A DNA stretch of 64,000 bases, taken from assembly GCF_000150275.1 (NCBI RefSeq), contig NW_002060944.1, forward strand, positions 561,614 to 625,613. The letters are read 5' to 3'. The position numbers and the translations under genes were made by a program. This document shows, one piece after another, positions 27,475 through 40,596 of the stretch; the stretch's first letter is position 1, and every line of letters begins with the position of its first letter. The DNA comes from Trichoplax adhaerens (taxonomy: Eukaryota; Animalia; Placozoa). A model generated the notes under the pieces. It ran no database searches, was not told where the DNA came from, and was given only the letters and a program-made list of their open reading frames with translations.

Positions 27475-28965
27475 ATATTTTACAACACTGTACTTGTTAT
27501 AGAGTTCAGAGTTTTATCATAAGAACCATTACTTACAACTACCTTATTAAGCATAAAAGATAATTCTGCTTCAAAATTCCTTTACTTTATATTACTTTAT
27601 TTATAAAAGAAAAGATTCATAGATTACGTTAAACAATATGTATAGCTACTCTCTGTCAATTATTTATAGTGAGGTAATGTAATGACGGCACATTCAAGAT
27701 ACTATAAAATGATTAATTATAACTGTAGCTGGCCTACAGAAGAAATGTGGTGGGAGTTGCAATGACCAAACTAAACTAAACATAGTCTTGAGCTAATTAT
27801 ATTATTTTCAGCTACGAATTTAATGTATATATACAAATACAGAAATATTATCCTTAGTGTCATACTTGATACTAGTTTTATTTACCTATTAAATAATACT
27901 ACTAGGACCTATTTATTGTCTGCTAAATTGTATTCAAACTCTATTAGTATCACGTAGTTGTTTTAATAAATATTGCAATTATGAAATAGAACACAGAGGA
28001 AACTTGTAAGAGTGCTATATTAATGGTTTTAGAGGTAACAATCCATCACCAAGGCGATAGATTATAGGACTAGCAGGCTATTCGTATACATGTAGTGAGT
28101 TTAGATCGCAATAACGAACAATTCACCGCATGTGACTAAGTACTACTATTGATATTATAGAATTAGCCTAGTCCTAAAGCTGTCAATATCAAGATTGGAG
28201 CTCAAAAAGTATCATATTCTCATCGCACATGTTAACTCGGTAGTTGTTATCAAACTGTAACCAATACTCTATCTTGCCCACAAATATTTTAGGTATACCG
28301 CGATGACCATTATCTCTGCCTAAGAAACTACAAAAAAATATTACATCTGTTGTATTGCAATCTTTGTACTTATATATACGACTCGTAGATAATTTATGCT
28401 GAAAATAGAAACGAATCGAATTATTTATTACCAAGCTTTTAACCTATGACGTATCATTCACTTACATAATAGGAATGTAAAGTTAACTTATCATAAAGTT
28501 GTACAAGATATTGTTCCACAGTTTATCTTCAGTTGAATGGCTATTGTGCTATTGCTGTTATCGTTTATTTCTATGTTCCATAAATATAGTTATAATTATC
28601 TTATGTATTTGGTGAGCTTTTCAATAGCCATATATTGTAAAGGATTTAATTAATTTTCTTGAGGCTGACGAGGCATTATGACTTAGTCAAAACTAATATT
28701 TTTCATACCATTATTAAATTTGCTAGCCTTAGTGAGAAAAAATCGCTCCTTCTGCTCCTCTTTACTAATATAAAATCAGTCTCTTGACGTACAGGAATCT
28801 GTTAACTTTATTACCACTGTACAATAAATTTGAATGGAATCTTTATCCTTAGAATCAAATGTTCGTTCTTAATAATTAAATACTCATACATTGATGATAG
28901 AACGATCTAATGCAAATTCATTCAATTGAATGTGAATCAGGATTAGGTTAAATTGTCATTTTTAG

Positions 28966-31900
28966 TTAATCTTTTTCAACCATTTGATTTAATTTTTCTC
29001 TCATCTCAGCATTTAATTTCAACAAGTAATTCATTTGATCGGCCAAAATTTTTATACTAAAGAAAAGAAATAAAATAATGCAAATTTAAAATCATTTGGT
29101 TATTAGTTAAATTAAATTAGCTTGAATTTTTAAGCTATGAGGAGAGTTACATTAATGTTTTTACTTTACACATTGGGTAAATATTGCCTTGACGATAAAT
29201 TCTAAGGGTAAAATTTCTATTTGCATTACCTTTTATCTTGGCTGCATTGAGTGTCTTTCATCTCACGCATTTCGTCCTCTAATGTATTTGATTCTTCAAG
29301 TTGAGTTCCATCTTCATTGAAGCGATTTTGAAGCTAAAGGAATACAATTTAAATGTGTGAATATTTCCGTTAAGTTTTGATCACAGTGCAAGTTTAGTCA
29401 TCAAGGATAAATTGCTGAATTTAATGAGTTTAATGTGTATTATGATAGGATGATCGAGACTAAATACAGATGATTAGTTTTACGATTAGATGATACTACA
29501 GTAAATTGCCTATTAAATCCGCAACTGGAATCCTCATGCGGTTATTGATATTAGCTGATTGCAGCGCGAGTAAAAATTAATATTATCAGCAAGTGCAACT
29601 GTGATGCAATCAGACAGCAGATTATATTTGATGGGGGTAAATAATTTTTTAAATGGTCATATCTTATATTTCGCACGTCTAGAACTTCTATTGAATATCA
29701 AGTCTATAATTACTGCTATCCTAACTGGATAATTTATTGATTTAAAGTGCACAAAAACTACTGATTCCATCACGTTAAGATACTACAGGAAGACATCGTA
29801 TTTAAGCTTCATAGATTGTAAGGATATATGATTATTGCTCTATTTATGTAACGAAAAAGTAAATAAGTCTTTAATTGCTACGAAGTTTGTCAGAATTAGA
29901 AGAGATGTATAATTCTCTAATTCTTCATAAGCTCACAAATTTTTTTCTACAGTACTCTTGCTACAAAGCTAATTTTATTTAGTAAAAGTTACTTTAATCG
30001 CTACGAATTTTATAAGAATTGGAAGGGATGTATAGTGTACAGTATATAGTACTCCAAATTTTCGTAGCTCACAGATTATTTTTTACCGTACACCTACTGC
30101 AAAGCTGGTTTATAACAATATTAAACTAGCAGCTAAAACTTAATGGAAAATAATATATTAATTATAGCATCGATCAAAATGATATCGAACTATTAACTAT
30201 ACTGACTCGAGTAAGCAATCCCAGCTGCCGTTTTTCCTCTTTGCTGATATAAAATTTTTTCCGTAGCAAGTATGGTAGTGAATTTTCAACTTGGTCGATG
30301 AATTGGACTTGAATTTTTAAGCGACTAAGAACGGCATTCCTTTCAATTTTATCAATGTCACCTACTGCTAAACCAACCTATAATGATAGAACAAATAATC
30401 AACTGTAATTATCAAACCATTTCCCATAAGCTACCATACACCTTCAGCTTACCATTAAGTTCATTGCGGCAATAGGCATAACCACTGCAAAGACAATTAG
30501 AAAGATTAGCGCAAGATAATTAAAGGGAGTCTTTGTATTTCCATTATAGATAGAATCGAAAAAAACATCGATGTAGTCTAATTCTCCGAGCATCATATCA
30601 AAAACTTTAAGGAATGAATATGGCGCGGTTTCGAAATATTTCTATAATGGAGTTCAATGACAGATATCGATTAATAACATTAAATTGATAACCACTAATA
30701 GTTTGTTAATTATTAAGAAGATTTCGATATTTCTTTTCAATAAATATGACTGCAGGAATTAATTTACCTCATGACCCAGAATGATATAAAAGCTAAGACC
30801 AAATGCAACGATAAGGAATACTAACATAAAACCGACCTACGGAAAATTTGTACAGTTTACATAATTACAATTGTTATCGAAGTGAAGATTATAAAATGAT
30901 CCATTTCACTAGTAACCGAGTTATCGATAGCGGATTGTTGTTAATAATTGATAGAGTAGCACCAAAGCTATATCAGCGTATCATTTATATACCTTCACAA
31001 TAGTAAACAAGACTGACTGAAGCATGGCAACATAGATACCGAAAGTAGGCAACCTAGGTCGATTAAAATATTAGATCAATATCTCAGCCTTGATCAACAT
31101 CGTCATACCAAAATGCTACAACTAAATCTTCCTATTCTCCTCTAAGAATATGAAGGCATTATAATTTTAAAAGCTTATAACCGCACTGATCCATCTACTT
31201 TTAGGAAATTTTAAGGTAGAATAGTTATCATAATAATGTAATACATTCTTATTTCTTTCTTTATTAACTAAATATAGACATAAATATTTCTTGCTACAAT
31301 AGATCGTTCAGAAGATCATGATCATGCTTAACAATAAATAGAGTAGAAATATATCTTGTATTATAGTAGAATGATCGCAAGGACAATAAAATTTGGCTGC
31401 AAATATTGCTGATCCACTATTCAAGATAGAACAATTACAACAGCACTGTTACAGATTCTACTTTCTACCTTTGACTAACAAAAGTTGACATAAGTTTTTC
31501 TAGCTAGATAATTCAAAAGATCATGATCAGGATTGAGAATAGAAAGAGTTAAAATATTTCTTGCAGGAAAATTATCGTATGGAAAATAAAATGTAGCTGC
31601 AAGTAGTCTGATCAAATTGACATTGGTTGAGATAAACTATGATATTTGCATACAAAATTAGTAACTCTAATGTCCTACCGTTTAAGATAAACTATTAAAT
31701 TGCACCAGGTTAGGCAGACATTAACGCTACCTATAGCCCACTGGCCAGAATCAGGTTCTCTTCCAGGTGGAAAAGAAAACGTAATAGCAGAAATGTACAT
31801 AAATAATTCAATGTAATTTGTAAGGGAGAGGAAGTAGGATAGTCTCTGCCAAGTAAATTAAGACCAGAAAGTTAATTTAAATCCATATTTTAATATAATT

Positions 31901-34900
31901 TCATAGCGTTAGGAAAAGCTTTAGAAAAGACTGCCAGTAATTTAAAAAATAATCATCCATATGTTCTCAACTCTCCATCAATAATCTACTCTCTTTATTT
32001 AGATTTCTTACCGACGCAGAAAAGCTTTGGTAAAATTAAAACTGATAAATTAACTCTATAAAATACCTGACTCCATATTTGGAAAGCTTCTGTTATTAAA
32101 TTAACTATAGTAAAGATAAAGATAATTAGTTGAGCAAGGAAGAGATCCGGCCGTGTAAACTAGAATAGAAGTATAAAACAACATGATTAATAAAATAATG
32201 CAATTGTAACGGTACGAACCACCGTGAAGAGTAAATGACTAAATTTAGTGTTTAAATTTTATATACGGAGATAACTAAAAATGACTTCCAGTAAGAATTG
32301 CGTAGTTATTATTTTGTTAAAGTAAATTATGTTGTATGGTAGTAGGAGTTCTCATAAGGTAACTAATATTAATTGATTATAGTGTTATGTCTTGTAACGC
32401 TTGTGATGAATATCCTGAAGATATTCAATTGTAGATAATACTATACATAATTCTGTGTGTGGACATACTGTAGTCTAATTATCTAGAATCGTTCATTATA
32501 TGTCCAAAATTAAGAATAATGTCTGCATTAATTTAGCTATCCAATATGAGCTAAATTTAACGAACTATTATGACTCATACATGATAGCTGCTGCCGAAGA
32601 GTATTTAAGCTCTGCAGATAGTTGAATAAAGGAAGAGTTTTATAGTTGTTTTAACGTAGAAGCAAGGCGTCTCAATTCTTGTGAGGTAGTTAAGGGATAC
32701 TGAATTCCGGAGACTATAGTAATTTAGAGATTTGTTTTACGTTATCTTTGTCACAAAGCTGGTTTGTGACAGCAAACTATTCTATATTGCATTAACCGGA
32801 GTAATTGGGCATGGAAAATCATTTTATCAATTTTGCTTATAGCAGCAGACTTACAATTGTATAGTAATGGTATGTAAATGTTTGATTTCCGCTAACATAC
32901 GAATGTGAAGCAAAACCAGAAGAGTTCCGTACGGATGTAGTAATATTGCCAGGTGGACGCAAAGCGATAATGTAATAGGTTAAAGCACCCACAAAAAAAA
33001 GGTAAAGAATAAGATTGGTAAAATAAAGTGGAGCACCAAATGTTCGCCTATCGATTTGGACAGAAAAAATAAATCATTAAGAACAGTTGTAATAGATGTG
33101 GATAAAAACTTGCTAAGGCCATTTTTAAATGTTCAAAATTTAATTTTATAAACTCTGTCGATAAATCGAACATCTAGATTGGATCAAAACGTTATCATTA
33201 TTTAACATTAATATATAATCCTAGGTAGGATGTGGCACTATAATGAGAAATGTCACTGCCAATGCATACCATTTAGCATCAAGTAAAGCCTGAGATAATT
33301 CATGAAGTAGCAATCCTGTTCTTTCATGTTCAATCATATTCTAGTTGTTAAGAATTATTGATGTATCTCTTAAGAGCTTCAAATTAGACAGTGTATACTA
33401 GCTTCTGAATACATCATCGACTCCATTGGAAATCTCATAATCAAAATCAGATTTAACGACACCCTTACCATTAATGCATTACATCTAGAATTTTCTTCTA
33501 AGTTTTTTTTTAAACGCCTTTCATTCCTTGGTCCTGGATCTAATAATGAGTAATCGTAAACAATCTAGAAAAATGAGGAAATAAATCGCCGAAAAATTTT
33601 ATTCGATTTGTGAATCTTTTACTTGCTACAAATACTTTCTAGTATCTTTAATTATTAGAGATCGATATAGAATATTTAAGTCTTGCTGAGTCGTTTTATA
33701 ACTAAATATCAATTCAATGATGGAGAGGTTATCCGTCAGATCAACTAACGAACCCGTATGTTGCAATTTATAATTGTATTATGATTATTATTCACTTATA
33801 TATTTAGACAGCGAATACATACAAGAGGAAAATACTTGACTACCTTTGTAAAATCATATAATAGAGTCGAAGTAAACTAATCCAGCCGGTATATTTACAA
33901 AATTTTATCCATTTACATCGGAATTTTATGTACTAAAATCCATCATAAGTCAATACTGTAGTGCATTATCTGCAATGAAATTTCGTCGTGACCACGATAG
34001 TTTCATGATTTTATTTTAACATCGACTTGCCGACATAAATTTGCAATCATTGATGAGATTTCAGTTCAAAATAGCTAACAAAATTAAATATACAAACCAT
34101 TTTATCCATGCTTCCACTTGCACTCCTTGCAATAGATAAGTCCATGACAATCTGGCACAAAAACGAAAGTAAGGATGAAATTTATCGGATGGACGTGGTA
34201 AATTAATATTAATAATATAAGGCACTTAATAAGTAACGAAAAATTTACCTTTGCAACGTCAGGTAGGTTCTTAATTAAATTTTGCATGACAGAATAACCT
34301 TTAGCATCGAATCGATTTAAAATCTCGCCGCTCCTAATAAGACAAACCAATGTCATGACCAATTACAAAAAAACTGTATTAAGCATTAAAAGCCATGTTA
34401 GAATACTAACAGGATGATCTCTGCTTTGTCTTTTTTATAACAATTTGTCTTTTATATTATGACTTAATTCGATACAGGAATACATTACCTCTTGTGCTTC
34501 ACAATTGATAGAGCAGCATCTTTGTATCTGCCTTCAATTGCAAGATCCAAGCAGGTTTTATCGTCAATGTTACGTAGTGTGATATCACTACCACTTTCAA
34601 GCAATAATTTAATAATAGCACTTGCTCCTTGACTGGCTGCTAAATGTAGAGGTGTTTCCTAAATTGGATTCATAAAACGGAGATTTGGGTTATTATTACT
34701 TAATAAAGCAAAGAACTGATTCCAAAACTGCTTAATAGTTGAATTCTTGCACTACTAATCAAGCCAAAAGTAATTTATAAATATCAAGGAATAAGTCGAT
34801 TTGCACAAAATGTAAATCAAATATCGCATAGTACCGTATAATTGCGTCATTACAGCTACATGATACTTTTAAGATGTATAGTATTACCAATCTAGAATTG

Positions 34901-37900
34901 ATGCGATTGAGATCAGCTCCGTTTTCCAGTAGCAATTTTCCCACTTGAGTAAATCCTTTGGATGCAGCGTATTCCAAAGGTGTCATATAACTGCCATCTC
35001 TGGTAATGGTTATATTCCAAATGATAGTATTAATAGTATCGTCGATCGTATTCAACTTCATCATGATCTACACTACTTCGGTAATATAAAAACTTACAAT
35101 CTACTGCTATCTCGCAACTGTTATCTCCGATACTGTAAAATCATTCAATTTATCACCTTTTATCCACATCTGCACCGTACTTTAACAGCATTGCTGTAAC
35201 ATCTACTGAATTACTTATAACAGCAAAATGTAACGGAGTTCTTGACTTCTCTCCCAAAGAATTAACTGATGACAAGCAAGTTTCACATAAATATTCAGCA
35301 ATAAGTAAGTAGCCTTTTCTATAGAAAAATGGAGATTAATTTAAATTATTTTCTAATACCTAACTTAAATAGGATCTCAATTTCAGTTTACACCATTGCT
35401 TTTATTTAAAAGAATGATATAATTTCCACGACTTTAATCGCTACTTAAGACTAATTAGAAAGCAAATATAGCTCCATTCTATATCCTAATATCACTTCAA
35501 TAGGATAAAATAAGCTTGCAAAGTTTTAATACTGATAATCTAAATTGTAATATCTAAATCTATACTAGTAAAATTGAAAGATATACTAGATGGTATACTC
35601 TTCAATACTCTAAGAATTAGCTCCTTAAATATCCAAATTAAGATGTTACTGAGATCAAATTTTGAGAAAGATGCTTGTTTAAACCATTAATATCAATTTG
35701 AATATTATTTAACTTACATACAAGCCAGATGGAGTGGTGTATTATCATCATCATCATGGCATTCCACAATTGCACCATTGCTAACTAATATCCGAGCAAT
35801 CTAATAAAGCAGATACATATATGAATCTATCAAGAGTTCAAAACTGAGATGTCTGATGTTGTAAAAGTATCGTAGAGACCCCATTTCAGATATAATTTGA
35901 AATAAACTTAACCTATTACCTGATGATTTCTACTCTCAACAGCATAATGCAAAGGTGTCTTTTCAAAATTATCCACTGAATTTAAAAATTTGCCTGCAGA
36001 TATCTATGTTTTTACGTGATAAAGTGTCATAGTTGTTAATACCGGTAGATCACGTAAATATGTAATAATTTAATTCACTAGCAAATTATTTTCCAAATCC
36101 AGTGGGATGGACATTGGTTTTTTTAAAACTTACTCGTAGTAAATATTGAACTAATTGTATGTGGCCATTTTGAACGGCGAAATGGAGACAATTTCGCTGC
36201 ACTTCATCAACAGAAGAAATGTTTGCGTTATGTCGGAGTAAAAATTCGATTACGGCGATGTTGCCTTTAGCCGCAGCACATATTAACGGTGTCTTCTTGT
36301 TATGATCGGAAACATCTACATCGGAACCCTTAAATAAAATAAAAAATGATCATAGTCAATTTTAAATGATTTCGTGGGATAAATTATAAATACTCATGGC
36401 TATTCAGGATCTAACCGTAGAAGTATAAGGATACTAATTGCTTTTGTTCAATTAAGTTCTGTTGATGCGGTATAAGTTCTTGCTGGCTTATTCTATTACG
36501 ATCAATTATAATTGATCATTTTAGAATGAGCCGGCAAATACCGGTAAGTACTAGGGTCTTTACAATCACAGTTTTTGTTAATTTAGCAATGCATTCATTT
36601 TGGACTATTATAAGTGTACAACGATAATTTTAGACTAAATTAATAATTGTCATTGCGATCAATATAGTATAATAAGCTAAATCAAAAGGAAAATTTATCG
36701 ACATGTATTTACTTGTGCTTGGAACGAATGCAAATTTACATACTGGTAGTCATTTATAGTGATAATATTTGGTTAATGTTTAAGATTGACAATCTCTGAT
36801 CGTAAAACATGGTAAAATAAGACTATTTTACTATTTAGTAGTAAGCTCAAGAGATCAAATGAAATCCTAGCCGTTTCCTATGAAGGAATACTAAACCAAT
36901 TATATCATACTTACTAGCCCTACAAGTAATTCCATGATTGGTAAATGACCATATAAACTAGCAAGGAAAAAAGGTGTTCGATACTGGTAGTTTTGCATGC
37001 TTATTGAAGCTTCTTTATCGATCAGCAATTTAGTAGCTTCATAGTAGCCATTGGCCGCTGTAATGTGCAAGGCAGTCCATCCATCATTCTACGATATCAA
37101 GTCGAGATATTAATAGCGGCATTATCATAAAGATTTAAAAAGTAGTTAAACTAATTTAAAACCGGTTGCCTAATTTATGATAGAAGAAAATATTGATAAC
37201 TCCTTTATGCACAACAAATAACTACAGAAAAGTTCATTTACTAAAGGAAATCAACTGATTTTATTTTATCAATCTTTCGTACTTTTAAGGAATTGATATG
37301 GGTTCCATTCTCTAAACAAATTTCCATAGCCTATAAGACAATTAAGATACATGGTATAGTAGATGAGTTGATGAATTGCTCTTTCACTTTTCAAACGATT
37401 AGTAGATATACTTGACGCTTCGAAAGCAATATTAGCTATCCAATGATATAATATACGGTAGATAAACTACAGATTTGTTAATTTCATTTGTTTAGATGTG
37501 AGAATGATCTATCCTCCTTTCACCTTAACATGACCACCCTGAGCTGCACGGTGGAATGGAAGTTGCTTTTCGTTATCTTGGCAATTCAGAAGATCATCAG
37601 TAGATAATCCATAGCTAGAGGAAACTTCTAAGAATAATTGAATAATTTGAGCGTGTCCTTTGGATGCTGCACTATGCATTGGCATACTACCATCGATCGC
37701 AGAGGCTAATAATTTACTTCTACACTGAAGCTGTAAGAAAAAATAGGCTAACATTAATGTTGACTTGATTTCGCTCTATATTATTGCAAGAAAGGAAGAG
37801 TTTCATGATTAAATCTGTATAAGGAATATTGCTTTTTGAATTTAAGCTCTTTTATTATTAAATAATATAACCAGAATAATGCTATGATTAAATTCAAACT

Positions 37901-40096
37901 AGAAATCTGAGTGAACTTATGAGAAAAAGTTATTTATTAATCAAAGAGATAAGCAAACTAGTCGGCTTACAAGAAGTTGGCAGACTTGAAGTCTCCCTCT
38001 CACAGCAGCTTGATGTAAAGGAGTATTCAAATCATCATCCACAACATTGACATCAAGTAGGTTGTGTTCAGTAATATACTAATATCAGTGTACACGTAAA
38101 GCAACAAGAGCAATCTTTCAGTATTTCATCAATGACAAGACAGCACCGAAATTAACTCATCGAATGATTGCAACGATGAAAACGAGAATGGCACAAATTC
38201 GTGTAAATGACATTTCATCGAAGTTCGAATTAAATCATCACTTACCTTGCAAATATTTAAATGGCCCAATTTACTAGCTTCATGAAGCAACGTGTCGCCT
38301 TGATCATCGACTAATTTAAATTCAGCACCAGCTTCATGTAAGACTTGAAAGCTAGCCAAGCTGTTACATTTAGCAGCCATAAATAATGGCGTATTGCCAT
38401 TATAGCCTCGAATATTGATATCTAATGATAGTATAAACATGAAGGCAAAATGAATCTTTATTAGAAAATTCTGCATAGGTAATTAATGAAATGCCAATAA
38501 TTTTGAACAGTATTAAGCATGGCGTAAAGTTTAGCCTTGTAATGGTTTCTGCTAATTATGTTAGTTATATCTTTTAGTAAATACAGCGATAGTATATGGT
38601 ATAGAACTATATATCTAAATAAAGTATTGATTGCAACTAGTATGATGAAACGGCTCATAGTATTATGTGCTATATTTGAGCCTTTCAAATTTTAAATTGT
38701 CGGATTGTGAACCTAAGGTTAAGAACTCATACACTACAATCCTGTTGATAGTACAAATAGGTAAATCAAAACTCTACTTATTCAAGTTAGTTGATAGACG
38801 GCATTGACTACTAATAATGGATAGTACCGTTTGTTCCTGTATGGAAAACTATTCTATCTGCGTCAATGCCGAGACTAAAATATTTTTTATCGTTACTGTT
38901 ACTTGTCTCCTAGTTTTGACTTAAAAAGTGTAGGAAATTTAGAATAGGGAAAAAAGATAAAGTAAAATTATGTACCTGCACCCCAAGAGATCAATGTCCT
39001 AACTACATCGACACGATTACCACGAGCAGCATAGTGCAGAGGAGCCATCTGATGTTCGTCTAGATAATTGCATACATTCTTTTCATTTTTATGTGTATTG
39101 AAATGATTTTCTACTACAGCGACATCACCAAACTTTGCAGCCTATCCGCAAGAATATTTTTCAATCACTAGGATTAAAATTTAATCTATGATGACAGCTA
39201 CTGATAAGAAATCAAAATATTTTGCCAAAAGACGAGATGATATTTACAAGCACAATTATCACCAATTTAGTGTTATGATGATGAAATTATTAAATCAGTA
39301 GACGAAATTACGCTTATCTTAAATTATTTAATTATAAGGGATATGATTTGTACTGACTATTAAATACTAAGTATCAACTCTATTCTACTGAGTTGCACCA
39401 CTTTAGATAAAAATCATTATTTTACTCGTCTATACTTACCCAAAAGAGATCTTTTAAATATTCTGTTTCTAAACGTTTGGCATCATTAAGGTTGTTAGCT
39501 TGATCCTAACCAATACATTATTAAAAGGAAGTTATTCAATGAGAAAATACTTCAATTCTTAGGCAACTTGAAATATGAAAGTTTATTATATTTTGGTAGC
39601 AAAACCAGTTAATTGTATAGGCTTACTTTGATTAGGAAAGGAGCGAAATTTTACTAATTACATACGTTATAAAAATTTACTATTAGAAGACGATTATGAA
39701 ACGACTGAAAATAGGATCTATCAGTTTCGTGTGTTTCTTCCTCTGAAAAGCACCGACTTTATTTAACGCTAACATAATTCGTTACTAAATAAAATTTTTA
39801 CCCTCACTTCATAGCAGCTCAATACTGTAATCTCGTCATAACTAGTTTATAATTTAATGCTAATGTAAAAGTAAAGCCAAATCTAATATTACATGTTTTG
39901 ATAACACTGTTTGCACTAGTATTCATACGAAAGCAATCTCGTTGACATGCTTGTATGGCAAAGAAATCACTTTAACGACATTAAAATGGAAGAAAAAATA
40001 TCTCTAATTCGTCTAATTTTTTATGTCTTTTACCATTTCCCTTATATCAACCGCAAGAGGAAGCTGAGCGGCTATGCGTCTACGAAATCTTCTCAT
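28966..40096 (-). CDS. TRPA1: TRPA1-like channel, copy C: apparently intact, 27 exons, about 1,085 aa
   Basis: ATG 40096 (MRRFRRRIAAQ...), all exons in frame with GT-AG ends; exon 21 31679-31845; pore exon 30453-30641 (KVFDMMLGELDY...MNLM); exon 25 30207-30377 (VGLAVGDIDKIERNA); last exon ...LNAEMREKLNQMVEKD* ending 28966. Confidence 0.92.
32205..32771 (+). mobile_element. Solo-LTR-like element (567 bp) in copy C intron 19, antisense to the gene
   Basis: TGTAAC...GTGACA ends, TSD GCAAT/GCAAA (one mismatch), TATTTAAG then AATAAA, 3' part nearly identical to 9120-9527. Confidence 0.8.
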
Positions 40097-40583
40097 GGTG
40101 TTAGCTCTACTTTTAAAAATCGGTTGGAGCAAGTTGTGGGAAGTGTTGGTGAGTAATCTTCTTAATGCTTGAATCAAATGGCGCTTTAAACTCCGCCACC
40201 AGCTCTGCTCAGAATCAGAGTAACTTACTAGTTAGCAAGAAAAATTAATTCGAAATAGTATTTCGTTTTAATTGACTGAACTTCACTTTGAGTAATGCTT
40301 AGAGTTTAGGATTACAAATACAATAGCTGCCATGAATTTAATATTTTATAGTATTCCTACTGCTACTTTTGATATTATAATGATTGAATTGTAGGTGAAA
40401 TTAGGTTAATAACTGATGGTAAATGTTACCTGTTTGGGTATAACTATAGCAGCTCATTATACGACCGTTATAGGATACAAGCATTTGATACAAAATAAAT
40501 ATCGTTTAAATTTATTGAATACGTCATAGCTGAAATTTGCGTAATAATAACTTTACAATTTTAAGTTTGTAAATAATCATACA

Positions 40584-40596
40584 ATTCCTTAGCAAC
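40584..40596. promoter_or_regulatory. X-box (RFX)-like motif ATTCCTTAGCAAC upstream of copy C
   Basis: One mismatch to the A/B motif, about 490 bp from the ATG. Confidence 0.4.

Noticed and set aside
40097-40220. In-frame open extension upstream of the copy C ATG (SDSEQSWWRSLKRHL...)
   Set aside because: The homologous region in A has in-frame stops and frame-breaking indels; treated as 5'UTR.
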